A DNA stretch of 64,000 nt from Chrysomallon squamiferum (Eukaryota; Animalia; Mollusca). The notes under the pieces are model-generated. The model did not search any database and had not been told where the DNA came from. It saw nothing but the letters and a program-made list of their open reading frames with translations. The stretch lies in assembly GCA_012295275.1 (NCBI GenBank), contig CM022676.1, positions 15,748,001 to 15,812,000 of the forward strand, given 5' to 3'. The stretch's first letter is position 1; the number at the start of each line of letters is the position of its first letter. The translations under genes were made by a program, and so were the position numbers. Shown piece after piece: positions 50,117 through 64,000 of the stretch.

Positions 50117-53100
50117 GTATGTCATCATTTTGTTTATGTATATAGTTATTAAGAGTGAAATACCGAATAATAATACTAATAAAATTACATACACAAAGTA
50201 AATTATCGATTAACTCTGACGTCATCCGACAAACGTAAACCTTTATCTTTGTTTTAAAAGAACATATCGCACTAATATTTTAAAAGTATATTTTTGTTTG
50301 AATTTATTAACCATGTCATATTTCTGTATTGTTGTTCATTTCGTTTGGTATGTTATATTGTATTGATATAATGATTTCTCTTCTTTGAATATTTGTTTAA
50401 TATTATTTGGCCTCGAAGTTTGATCTTTTGGACAGAAGTGGACGTAACTGCCACATTTTTCAAACCCTGACATATTTTTAATTAGCGCTTCAATTTTGAT
50501 GAAACTATTTCACTGAAAAATTACTTTGGTAAAAATCCTTAATAGCTGCAAGTAAATTTTGATATAATTTCACGTTTTGTTTGATCTTGAATCTGACATG
50601 AATTCGAAATGACCTTAAATCAAAATTAAATTCTAAGATGTCACCTACAACACATCAAAACAATTTGTAATAAAAGACTGGCTGTCTCAGTACCAGTAGT
50701 AAACTATTGCTGCCTGAACTGAACAACAAACTTTCATTTGTTAAAAAATGTTAGGTATATACTGCCCGAAAACTGCCTGTAAGTACGTAGACATTTTAAA
50801 ATTAGTTCGAAATATAATTTCATCCATTTCTCTCACAATTTTTCGATTGTATATATAAACGAGGGAGCGGAACAACTGCAACTGTGCATCAATATTGTTA
50901 TTATTGTTATTATTTTTATTATTGTTGTTGTTATTATTATTACTATTATTATTGTTAATGTTATTGTTATAGTTGTTGTGATGTTGTTTTTATCATTGTT
51001 ATTGTTACTGAACAGTTACTATTTTTTATATTCTAACGAATTTTGATAGACGTATGTGATGTGGTATTTTCCTATTTATTTCTTCACTTATGCGCATTGA
51101 TTACGAATTGTTCAGATCGTCGTAAATAACAGCCGGAGATACTTGTGTGTATCGTGTATCAGTGACACAGCATTTTTATCTGACCTACATAAAAATCCGC
51201 TCATTTGTTCCCTTTAACTTTATACCCGTCATGTGAACATCGTCCGAGCACTATAGCACGTGCACGACGAGGTTTGAAAAACGAAACCAAAATTTTATAA
51301 TTATTTTTACGCATGCCGTAAGATTCTGAAACATTAAACAAGAGAAAGACCAAGCTGGAAATATTTAACATTAATCTACAATATTCATATCTATATTTAG
51401 AATCATCATCGAACCTATAAGTACTAAACGGTCTCTTTCTCCGTACAATATAATAACACACATAAAATACAACTTTATTCAGTTATTCAGTAAACTTCAA
51501 AAAGGTTTTACACAAGTACACACCTGTATTAGTTGTTTATCATGAACGAATAGTTCATACATTTGCATATGCCTAACGTCTGTTTGTTGGTCTCTTTATG
51601 AATTGACAGTTGCATATAGAATAATCCTACACTGTGCACAGCTGGATTCAGTTACTTTTTCTGTTACACAATTAAACTGCGTCAGTCAACATGCTATGTG
51701 TATAAAGGAGGATTCCACATCCAAATTAAAGTAGTTGCGCTTCACAGACACAAACCGATCTGTTCAGTTTTCGAACAAAGAAATATCTTTATTTTGATTT
51801 ACTTACTTGATATACCTGTAATCGATTGAGGTATGTAATCTTTATTTTAATGTAAATTACAGACATTTTCGATTTGAGCACTAAGCAGATACAATTTAGC
51901 GAACTAATTAGGTCCGAATAAAATACAAACAAAAAAATTAAGAAAAGTAAAAGAAAAACACTTCGCAGTAGTTTGTGCACGAATAGAGATCAAAGCCTAC
52001 TCGCAGAATGTCGACGCAGTGACTGAGAGAAAAAGAGATGATAATCATCCTTCACGGTTTGATAACGACACTCGAGAGATATGTAGAGATTTATCCGATT
52101 TGTTTTTCCAATTATTGATTAATGTATTTATTTAATTAGTATAATTAAATCACCCTGTTAATTTAGATTTGCGGGTCGTATATTTTCGATATAAGTTTTT
52201 GTGTAAATGATCGTTCTAAACTGACGAATTATGAAAACAGAAGGTTTCCGTTTAAATAATATTATTAATTTCATTAATTTAATCATCGCTTAAAAATTCT
52301 TGTCCTTTAAATATTTTCTTACTGCCGATGACAACACTTCCTGGTTCCCTGTTTTAAGAACGTTTGTTTTCTATCACCTGAAAATACTGCAGTGAAAAGT
52401 TTAAGATTTCTAGGTCGGATTAATGGACGATACTAATGTATTAAGCTATTATGTTCACCTAATCCGGTTTGTATAGAAAAAAAAAAAAAAAAAAAGACGG
52501 CACCAAATATTAGATGGATACATTAGCTATATTTTAATTTAATAATTATTATAATAATTCCTTTAGACATTAGTCACATTCACACATGCAAATAAATAAA
52601 TACATACACACGCTTTAGTATCTATATTTAGTTGATTCGATAAGTAAAATACTGAAAAAATGTTACCTTTTTCAAGAAAAGAAGTTAGATCTGTGTTTGG
52701 AACTATCCCAGAGATAAGCTTGACCAACATCTATATTAACAAAAATCAGAGAAATGAGTTTGTATTTTAACGTATATGCATCACACAAACAAACTACGAA
52801 AATCAGAGTGATTATGAAAATAAAAATAAAATATCAATTTATGTAGGTAAGATAATATTACAGGTTATAAATTAATATATACTAATTTTATTTAACTGTA
52901 CATGTGTGTCTTCTTGTTATGCAAGATAGCTCTGTTAAAACATCACAGTTTACATAGAGATCATTTTAAAAATGGATATGCTGACCAAAAAATGTCCATT
53001 TTCACACATTTACAGATTAAATGATTCAGAAATGAACAAGGCTGTAATACGGTTAAAAACTTAGATTATGAAGTTGTAGGTTTTATTTTTGTTTTCGGGT

Positions 53101-53839
53101 GCTGAATTTTTTGCTGTTTATTCTTCAGATTATTACATCTGGTCCTCTAGTTGTGTCTTTCTTACTGGTTTCCGTCTGTACATATTAAATTACACCGCCA
53201 CACAATTAAAGAAATTTTAAAAGTTACAAAATACAACAGCAGCAAACAGTTAACCAGTATCAGTGTGTTTATTTACCCGTAACAAGTAGCACGGCTTCTT
53301 TATAGCTTTTTTTGTGACTTTGACCCCTGTAAACTGACACCTGACAACCTAAGAACCGTGACTTGTAAGATATGTGACTTCGATCACGTTTTCACGAGCA
53401 GATGATGATTTTGTTAACGAGATTATTACACTGAAAAAAAGTTTGAGTGATTCAGCAAAGTATTTCCAAAACCAGTTTGTAATAAACTAATGGCAAACAT
53501 CTAGCTGTGGCGGTAGCAGTAATGAATTATTGCTACCTGACCTAAATAACAAACATTCAGCTGCTGGAAAAAGTAATCTATATACTACCGAAACCGAGTC
53601 ATTAATAGTTACACAGTTTACAGTCGAGAAAACATTTTAAAATTATTTTCAGATACAATATAATAATTTTCTCAGAGATTTTAAACTTGTACATTAACGG
53701 TTTTGTATATTGACCCGGATGTGAAATAACTATAACTATGCTTTAGATCTGAATAATTGTGATTATCTTGTAACAAAGGACGAGTACACACTAGTATTAT
53801 TGTTATTGTTGTTGTTATTGTTGTTACTATCATTATGAA

Positions 53840-53900
<61 letters not shown>

Positions 53901-54211
53901 TTTATTTTTATTATTTGACGTTCACGGTAAACAAAGGGAAACCTAAGAACAATGATTTGCTATTTAATTTTCTGAAATATGTTTTACCTCCGTCACTGCT
54001 CACAATTTCAATTTCGTATGAATGTGCTTCACACAATTTTCATAGCACATGTTTCACTGGTGTGTCGATAAACGTTGTTCAGTCCTGTGTAATAGTAACT
54101 GAGAAAGAGGAAGAAGATGAAGAAGTTAACTTTCAAAGATTTAAATGTATCTGATTATCTGTATTGTTGTTGTTGTTATTATTATTATTATTAGTATTAG
54201 TAGTATTAGTG

Positions 54212-54244
<33 letters not shown>

Positions 54245-57200
54245 ATAGTTGTATTGTTGTTTTTGTTATAATGCTTTCTTTATCAGTTTTATTGTTACTG
54301 AACAGTTACTATTATTTATCTTCTCACAAATGCTGATAAACGTAAATCATTTCTTTCTTTTACTATCTTTTCCACACTTTTGAGCAGACTCTGTATTAAC
54401 AATGAATCTGCCAGGTCGTCGTAAATAACACCCGAGTTTACGTTTGTTCTCGTGTGACACACTATTTTTTAATCTGACCTACATAATAAAACAAACACAG
54501 ACTGGCTATAGTGCTACTGCGAATATCACTTGAGCACCATTAAACTGTACATGGAAATATCTGAAATACGAAAGGAACATGTTGAAGCTAGCGTTGCGTA
54601 TGTTATAACGTTGTAAAAACAAAATAACAAAACAACTAAGCTGCAAACTAATTAACATTAATCTACAACAGTCATATGCAAAAGTGAGATCGAAGTACGT
54701 TCAGCCATGGGTCAGGTTAGTCCACCTAACAAATACACGAGTAGAAATTATTTACTTTCCTATTTTGAGTTCTTATTGTTTTTCATTAACCAGATCTACC
54801 GCTGACGTCATGGTGTTAAAATCTTTCCCACAGAACTTTCCCACAATGCCGTCTATTCGATCATAAGAAGCTAAGACAATTGGCCACCTAGCTCGCTGAA
54901 CAAAATGAGAAGACATTTCCAACTACATGGTCGAACTTCGGATGGAAATCATCAACATTTGTTTTATTAGAGGCTGTAACTCTGGCTATGATTGTATATT
55001 CTTGTTTTTTACTTATTTGAGTGTATTTATCGTGACTATAATAGATTATTTCAAGCTGTCTTAAAACTGATCAAACCTTGCTAAGGCCTTTATCTTTTAC
55101 ATTTATTTTCGCTCGAGCGCGCGCGTGTGTGTGTGTATGTGTGTGTGTGCTCTCTTACATATATGTCATTTTATTTTTTATGTTTGTAGTTATTAAGAGT
55201 GACATACTGAATACTGAATGATACTACTACTACTACCACTATCACTACTACTACTACTACAACTACTATTACTACTACTACTATTACTGCTACTACTAAT
55301 AATAATAATCATAAAAATCAGATATATATATATATATATACCAAATTCTGGAATACATCTAATATTCATTCGTTTATAATATTTCTTTAGAAGAGCAAGT
55401 CGTAGCCCAATTCCAAGAATATCATTGTTTGAATTTCTGTGTATTGTTGTTCATTTTCTTTAAATCACGGAATCAACGAGACGTAACCAAGATCGTGAAT
55501 TCAATAATCGTTCAGATCGTCGTAAATAACACCCGGATACACGTTTGTGTGTGTCGTGTACATAACAAACAACCACTGACTTGTTCTCTTATCTTCATAT
55601 GCACGTCATGTGAATATCGTCTGAACGCTATGAAATGTTTGGAAAACGAAAACAATATTTTAAAATTATATTTACGCAATGATCTGAAACATAAAAAAAG
55701 AAAAAGATGAACCTGCAAATAATTAACGTTTATCTATAGTAGTCATATCTATACTCATCACTGAATCCTTTAAGTACTAAACGAATCTTTTCCTGTAAAA
55801 TATAACAAACATTTAAAATATCACTTTTATTCAGTGATTAAAGAAACTTCAAAAATGTTTTACACAAGTATACACCCGTATTAGTTTTTTTAGCATGAAC
55901 GAACTTGATTAATTTTATCACAGCTTAAAAAAGCATATTTTTAAATCTTTTTTTACTGCCGATGACAACTCTTCCTGGTTTGCAAGTGCGATGTTCGATG
56001 ATGTGTGCGTTCTATTCTCTGGGCTAAGAACGTTTGTTTTCTATCGCCTGAATTACTGCAGAGAAACGTTTTAGATTTCTAGGTCTTAATAATGGACGAT
56101 ACTAAGGTATTAAGTTATTATGCTCATCTGTTCCGGTTTGTACAGCAAAAAAAAATAAAAAATGGCACAAATATTAAAAGGACACATTAGCTCTATCTTA
56201 ATTTAATAATTATTGTAATAATTTCTTTAGACATTAGTCACATTCACACGTGCAAATAAATAAATGCATACATACACACGCTTTAGTATCCATATTTACT
56301 TAAAAACAAATTATTTATAAAAATAATAATTAGCCTTATCACTACTTTCTGTTTTGATTATTATTATTATTATTATATATATATATAATTTGTTTGTTTA
56401 TGTTCAGATTACATTCCATAATCTTCGCGACAGAATATATCATCATCTAAACTGATTATTTTATACACAATGATAAATACCAGAGAGTTTATATTTCCAT
56501 CATACAAGGTAAATTAGAACTGGAAATTAAGATTTGTCTTTGGAATTATAGCACATACCAGCTTGACCAACATCTGTATTAACAAATATCAGAGAACTGA
56601 GTTTGTATTTTAAAGTATATACATCAAAAAAACTAATTATGAAAAACATAGGTATGTTTATTAAAATTAAAATGAAATATCAATTTATGTAGGTAAGATA
56701 ATATTAAAGGTTATAAGTTATTATAGACCAATTTTGTTTAATTCTGCATTTTTGTCTTCTTGTTATGCAAGATAGCTCTGATAAAACATTACAACTTACC
56801 TAGAGATAATTTAAAAAAAAAAAAAAAATAAAAATATAAATAAACATTTTCGAAAGAGTTTTGTTTAGTGATTTTCGTTTTGTGATGAAACTAGTGTGAT
56901 CAGCATATTAAATTAACTCTGTTTGTTTGTTATGCAGTCCAGATAACAATAGTGTGTCATCGATACACGATACTCACAAAGATGTACTCGGTTCTTTTTA
57001 CGAAGATCAAACTGTTACTGTAGGTTAGAGTAAGATAAACTGTTCTATGTGACTGCGTGTATGTGTGTATGTGTGTTTGTGTGTGTGTGCATATGTATTT
57101 GTGTGTATATGTGTATACATATGTATATCTCTGTTTCTGTGTATCTATGTCAATAGTTATGACTGTAGCTATGGAGAAAAGAGAAATAGTCTAAATATAT

Positions 57201-60200
57201 TCTGTTCTATTTTATATTCGGTGATCCACTATTAGGACAATTCCATGTTATCAGGATTCATATATATTTGTGTTTATGTGGACATTTATATATAAATTAA
57301 GAAAAATACGTATAACTTGTTTTCTTATTTCAGAGCATTTATCTTGTTTGTTATCCTTTGCTTCCCCCAAGGGCGACATAACCTGCCTCAGACCGGGGTA
57401 GTATGGGGCAGTTTGAGAATCAATAATAACAGAAAGACTATAACAAATCAGGATATTTCAAATATTAGTTATTATGTTAAATAATGAAAGATTGTTTTGG
57501 AGAACAATGAGGGCTCGTTTTCCGATTTGTGTTTGAATTAAAAGTTAAAATGGTAAAAACTGTCGCAATTTGGTCGTGTTTCCTATAGAGAATCATCAAT
57601 ATCTTAAAGTACGAAACGAACCAATTTCCACACGAAAATAAGAAAATAACTAATATTAAACCAATAATAACAGTAAGACTATAAGAAATCAGCGTATTTC
57701 AAATATTAGTAATTATTTTAAATAATGAAATTTTGTTTCAAACAGCTCTGAGGTTTTTCCCGACTTCTATTTGAACTAGAAGTTAATATGCTATTTCGTA
57801 TTATTTCCTCTATACAGAATCATCAATACCTTAAAGTACGAAACGGACCAGTTTCCACAAGAAACAAATAAGAAAACAGTTATAAATCTCATCAGACCCT
57901 ATTTTATTCACTTAAAAACGAACCTTCAAAAATGTGTTACACAAGTATATACGACTATTGTGTGTTTAGCATAGAGGAACACTCGATACATTTTAATACA
58001 CTTAATGTCTGGCTACACTTTACTTAATTGTCAACCATGCGGACAGTTGGATTAACATAGCTAGTATTTGTTTAGACTGCGACAAACAATCAATGCAACT
58101 AACATTTGTTATGTTCTCTATATGCCCCATTGTGAATTGTGAAACAGTTGTATCTAAAATAATCCTACAATATGCATATTTGGATTCATTTAGCTGTTTG
58201 ATTACAAGATTAAACTTGATCAACATGTTAAGCATATAAAGATAGGAATCGGGATCTAAATCAAAGTAGTTGCGTTTGATAGAGACAAATTAATATTTTC
58301 AGTTTTCTTTGAACATCTTTAGATTTATTTACTTGTTTCATTTAGGACATATTGTTTTGTTTATGTTTATAGTTATTAAGCGTGAAATATTGAATAATAA
58401 TAATAATAATAATAAAATCATATACATACAGTAAATGATCGAATAAATCTAATATTCATTCCACTATTATATTTGTTTAGAAGAGCAAATCGTAGCACTG
58501 TTCTGAGAATAACAGTTCTGGAATTTCTTTGTATTATTGTTCATTTTCTTCAAATTACGGAATCAGCGAAACATAAAATGATGTTCTTAAATGAAGATTG
58601 TGAACGGAATAATAGTCAAAACACCGTCAAGAAAAAAATCACAGATAAAATTTGATGTATATTTGATGAAATTTTAAAATGTTTGCTTTATATTATTAGC
58701 CCTCGAATTTTGTCATTTTTGCCACAAATGGAGCATGCCTGCAAGTTTTCAACCTGCGATATCTAGTTAATCAGTGAGAAGATCTGGATGGAACAGTTTC
58801 GTTGTAATTTTATAACCCTCGTATCTAAGTTGCATGTGCCGCCCTGGTAACGCGATTTGGATCCAGGGATGTTTTCGTTAATAAACACGATCATAGCCTT
58901 TATATTGTGTTACCTGCTTTTTGGCGACTGTAACAAAAGCTATACGTTTCAGTCACCAAATGTCATTATATTCATAGTTTGTCAGTTTACAGTAGTTATC
59001 TAAGAAATCAACCTGTTTGCGTTTCTTTTTTGGGAGAGTATAACAAAAATTCTACAAAAGAACAACAGACAAACGCTATGGCGAGACAAACGGGTATAGG
59101 CACAAACCCTGACTACTTTTTGATCTACTCGGAGATCTCTGTGGAGAATCACTGAGACTTTGATCATAAGTAATAAGAGTTTGCCTCTGAGATTTTGTAA
59201 TATTTCATTCTCATTTGTCTTGATATGGTAATCATGCAGTGCAATCTGTGTTTTTAACTGTGTAAGCTGCATGTTTGATATATATAATTTAAAATTTATA
59301 TCAACATAATTATTTTGATTCTTCGTTTACAATTCAGTATTTAAATAAGTTTTAAGTTGAATGACTGTATATTTTAAATAGGTTTCCTAACAATTTAATT
59401 TGGTTTATTTTGTTTTCTGTAAGTTCAGTTGTATTTCGGAAATAATTGATAAATAAATGATTTCGTACTTTTTTACTGTTTATTTATCTAATGTATGAAA
59501 AGTTTATGATAGGTCATAGATATTATTATTGTTGTTCTCGTTGTTATTAGAACGTTTTCGACTTTTTTTTTTTTTTTAATTAGGCCTTTTTGACCCTCCG
59601 TCACGTTTGTATTTTCTCCATTATCTCCATTTTATAATGTTTGTCATAGGCTGTAATTTTCTTTTATCTGGCTTCAGTGGAAGGATACATTCCTGTTTAT
59701 TATGATTTGCCACACTGTGCTCTGTAAATTAGTTTATTTGTGACAGTGTTTGTTGAAGTACATCACGGCAAAAACTTTGTAATGAACTGCTGGAATCTAT
59801 CTAGATGTTGCGGTAGCAGTAATGAATTAGTAATGCTAAATAAGAAACTTTCATTTGTTACAAAATTCATCTTTATACTGAGAAAAAAACGAGTTATTAA
59901 AATGCAAACAGATCACAGACGACAGAACATTTTAAAGTAACTTTCACATCAATATAACTGTTTTCTGTGAGAATGTTTCTATTGTATTAACAGTGAATTT
60001 TTCACATCATCGTAAACAATACCCGTGTATACCTCTCTGCAGAACTGACAGGCTATCTTAGTCTGAGCGACATAACAAACTAACACACACTTGCTATACT
60101 GGTTACAGAAGTACCGTTCAAGCACCATTAAATATACATGGACACATCTGAAAAGAAGAAACGAACATTTTAAAATTTTCTTTACGTGTGATGATCTCTT

Positions 60201-61525
60201 TAGCACATAGAATATGATAAAAGGTAGCTGCAAAGTAATTAAGATTAATCTACAATAATCGTATGTATGCGTAGAATCATCGAATCCGCAAAGTACGAAC
60301 CTGACCATTTTCACAAGTATAGGCCAATATTATGTGTTTACCATGGACGAACAGTCTGTACATTTTTACATATTTAATGTTTGAGAGTCCACCTTTTTGT
60401 TGATTGTCAGTCACATCTAAACATTATCCTAGAACGTGCACAGATGGATTCAGTTAGTTGTCTGGTTAGTAAATAATGTTATTATTTGTATAGGCTGCGA
60501 TAAACACTCCATACAATACATATTTTATACACGGTTATGAATTGTCAAATAGTTACATCTAGAATAATCCTACAATGTGCACAGCTGGATTCAATTAGCT
60601 TCCCGTTACACAATTAAACTGCGTCAGTCAATATATTATGTGCATAAAGAAAGGAATCAGCATCTAAATTAAAGTAAACAGTAGATAGCACTCGGAATGT
60701 ATTACAGGTAGACTTTTGTATGTGGTTGCGCAAGTAAAATATGTTCATCAATCAAATAAATAGGTGAAATGAGAAAGAAAACATTAAATAATCAATTTTA
60801 CTGTAACAAAACGAAAAAAAAAAAAAAAAAACGACAATCGACAGATATAGCTAGATATAACCGATTTTTGTAAGTACTGATTAATGTATTTATTGAGGTA
60901 GTGTAATTAATTTACCCTGTTAATTTAAATTTGCGGGTCGTACACATGCGAGAGCAGAGTTTGTGTTAACGATCTTTATAAATTGACGAATTATGCAAAG
61001 AAAAGATTCTAGTTTAAATATTATTATTATTAATTTCAGTTATTTTATCATTGTTGATATTGTTCGGAAGTGTGATGTTCGATAATGCTTACTTTTATTT
61101 ATTTGTGACTGCTATATCCTTCCTACAGAACCTTTGATATCAGCTGAACATTTTAGCGAAATCGGTTAAGATTTTTAGGTCGGTTTAATGCACGATGCCA
61201 CGATGTAAAGTCATTAACCTGTAACAGATTTCTGCAAGGTATGTGTAGGTAAAACAATTTCAAAACAACATCAAGTATTAAAATGACTCATTAGCTATAT
61301 TTTGTTATTTCACACTTTAATATTTGTATTTAATAATTACTGTTGGCATCCATATAGACACTGCTCACATTCACACATACGTAAACATAAGCATGCAGAT
61401 TTAATTAGGAACATACATAGATACTTAATATAAAAACATCAAAATATTAATACGAATATACGCACTTAAATACAAGCATGGACAAGTTTTCATATTGAAA
61501 AATAATGTATGTATGTATGTATGTA

Positions 61526-61587
<62 letters not shown>

Positions 61588-62577
61588 CCGCCATTATTTA
61601 AAAAAATAAAATGTTGTGTGATCTGTGACGGTTTCACTTCCGGATCATGCGCTGTTTTTATCAGTGATTAAAATTCATCTTTATGAATTTTTTATTTTTT
61701 TTTTTTTTTATTTATTTAAAGTTAAGACCTGTTTACGTTTCCAGGCTCAAACTGATCCGGAGTCACTGAAATGTATAATTTTCGACTGAACTGTTTGATT
61801 CCGGCTGCTGCTGATTAAACTGAGATCGCTTGTCTCTGAAGTCACTACTTTGCATTCTGATTATATTTGAAAGTAAAAAAGAATTAATTTAAAAAGAAAA
61901 TGAATCATCACTTCAAACGATTTATACTGTGTTCATTCAAGCACTAACAAAGCCAAACATAAATCTTAGAAACATGAATTATAAAATTAATGCTATTATA
62001 AACTTGAATTATCTGATCCTGTTCACCATAACAATTGCCAAATATGTACTGTATTATAATAATGAAAACAGATTGTTAATTCTGAAAAGTAAATAGCTTT
62101 ATCACTATTTTCTATTCTTACTTTGGATTTGCTCAATTAAAATATTGAGAAAAAACCACATATGTATTTTAAGCACAGAACTTAGACGTAAAGAGGAATC
62201 CAATGGTGGAAGAAATTAAATATTCTTGGAAAAAGGAAAAAAAAAACGCATCGGTGTGAATTATTATTTCATTAATTATATATTAACCATGGCTGTGTCA
62301 GTTCATATTTAAACCTTTCAGTATTTCATTATTATTATTATTATAATTATTATTTTTATTATTATTTTTATTTTGTTTTCATTAAAATAAGTAATATTAA
62401 AATGTTTGTCAATGACAAAAATATTCATTGCTGGTATCTATAACACCGCCAAAGATATGAGGGTATCTCTATTGTACTTTAACAAATATCTTTGGAAATG
62501 AAAAATATGACGTTTCTTTATATACTGTTTGTAGTATTATAATTGACCGATGATATAGAAATCTATTATTATTTCAG

Positions 62578-63194
62578 TACCAGTACGGTTAGTGAATGGA
62601 AGAGGAAAACCAACACAAGGTCGAGTTGAGATTCAAGTGAACGGGACGTGGGGAACAATCTGTGATGACCTTTTTGATGAGAAAGATGCTTCTGTTTTAT
62701 GTCACATGTTAGGATTTAGTCGGTAATTTATTTATTATATTTTTATTTATTTAATTTTGTTGTTTAATGAAATAAAATAAATAAGTATTTTTACAGACAT
62801 AGTAGATTCAACTTTACTCACAACAACAAGATAATAAATTGTCCTTCAAAAACATTACACGCGAAATTCTTATCAAACATTTCATATATTTTTGTAAGAA
62901 ATAATGATAATTGTAGCAGTAGTAGTAGTAGTAGTAGTAGTAAATGTAAATAATGATGTTGATTATATTTAGACTATATTAATGGTATTATTGTATCAAA
63001 CATCGTGTATTAAAATTGTTTTGAAATAATTTAGAAAATAAGTATATTCTTCCGAAAACCTTAGAACTAAGCGCACGTCTGTTGAACACTTTTGAAAATA
63101 ATTTTCCTTAATATTTATTTTATTCTACATTTTATTCATTTTGTTACTAATTTAAAAATAACAATAACAATAATAATAATAATAATAATAATAA

Positions 63195-63225
<31 letters not shown>

Positions 63226-63657
63226 AAGAAGAAGAAGAAGAAGAAGAAGAAGAAGAAGAAGGAGGAAAAAATTGCGGTAATGATGATGAAGAATGGCATT
63301 TCGCTTGGGATATTTAAACTATCTTTTCAGTATCAACGCACTCTTGTGCTAAACATCGTTCGAATCACTTAGAAAGCAATGACTTTCTTCTGAAAACTCT
63401 TAGACTAAAATGAGATCTGTTCAAGACTTTTGCAAATTATGTTGTATAATGTTCATTTTACTACACATATTTTTTATTTTATTTAAGTTATAATGCTACA
63501 TCATATCAAAGTGCTTACTTTGGACAAGGAACTGGAAAAATATGGCTTGATGATCTGAGATGTGATGGAGATGAAGACAGTGTTGAAAAGTGTTCATTTT
63601 CTGGCTGGGGAAAACACAACTGTGGTCACTGGGAGGATGCTGGAATCAGCTGTCAAT
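62578..63657 (+). CDS. SRCR-domain protein B: complete group A (6-Cys) SRCR domain in two exons; the gene continues beyond the window
   Basis: 62578-62722 [48 protein letters not shown]; 63488-63657 [56 protein letters not shown]; GT-AG, phases 1/2/1. Confidence 0.95.
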
Positions 63658-64000
63658 GTGAGTTTACATGTGACATTTTGTTTTATTTAATTTTGTTTCA
63701 CTGTTTATCAGTAACCAAAAGTTTTAACTTGACGGGATCAAAATTATCATTGGTATGATTAATGGTGTAGTTCTGAAGTGTGTATCTATCTTTATTTGCC
63801 TTTAGTAATAACTCAAACAACGAAAATAATTTCAGGATTGGGTACAATCGTTAACTAAAGAACTAGGTTTAAAATAATCTAATTCAAATGAGATATATTA
63901 AAGACGCAAAAGTTTCGTATTTATTAATTACTTTACTTGTTTGTTTGTTTGCTTGCTTGTTGTTTGTTTATTCGTTTCCTTGTTTGATTATTTTAATTCG

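Larger units (their letters stand above)
45168..51540 (+). repeat. Segmental duplication, copy B
   Basis: Starts gtatgacatttatgttttgtacaaacaaat as at 24111; carries an extra LINE relic and a block of about 210 bp. Confidence 0.92.

Noticed and set aside
57388-57415. Pogo/Tc1-like terminal sequence (accggggtagtatggggca) and MITE-like stretches at about 27660, 30490 and 58700
   Set aside because: No matching second terminal repeat or target-site duplication could be identified by eye
59979-60314. Cys-containing minus-strand ORFs in the repeated module (also 33277, 51201, 28448) as a small-protein family
   Set aside because: Frames and stops are not conserved between copies; the similarity is explained by shared non-coding ancestry

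Overview
AT-rich, microsatellite-dense eukaryotic DNA with spliced genes and one 200-N scaffold gap (35007-35206). It is probably from a mollusc or other lophotrochozoan; that is inferred from gene content only. Most ORF-track entries are microsatellite artefacts. Genes rebuilt by hand from splice sites and reading frame: (1) a 12-exon CLCA-family zinc metalloprotease/chloride channel accessory gene on the minus strand (10772-20789, about 981 aa) with a single 1-nt frameshift in exon 11; (2) a convergent orphan gene on the plus strand (CCAAT/TATA promoter near 7.8 kb, non-coding exon 1, coding region 9084-10266) broken by two -1 frameshifts in A-runs; (3) an intact 9-exon type I membrane receptor (35879-44399, 479 aa: signal peptide, two Cys-rich Ig-like domains, Thr-rich stalk, FN3, TM, three-Tyr tail); (4) two paralogous SRCR genes, one with a leader exon at 27301, a 12-nt microexon and an SRCR exon cut by the gap, the other with a complete SRCR domain at 62578-63657. 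Around these lie decayed Ig exons, an inverted dead copy of the receptor's last exon, duplicated leader exons, a 4.6-6.4 kb segmental duplication, repeated promoter/first-exon cassettes and degenerate LINE fragments. Overall it looks like a fast-evolving, birth-and-death cluster of Ig/FN3 and SRCR surface receptors.
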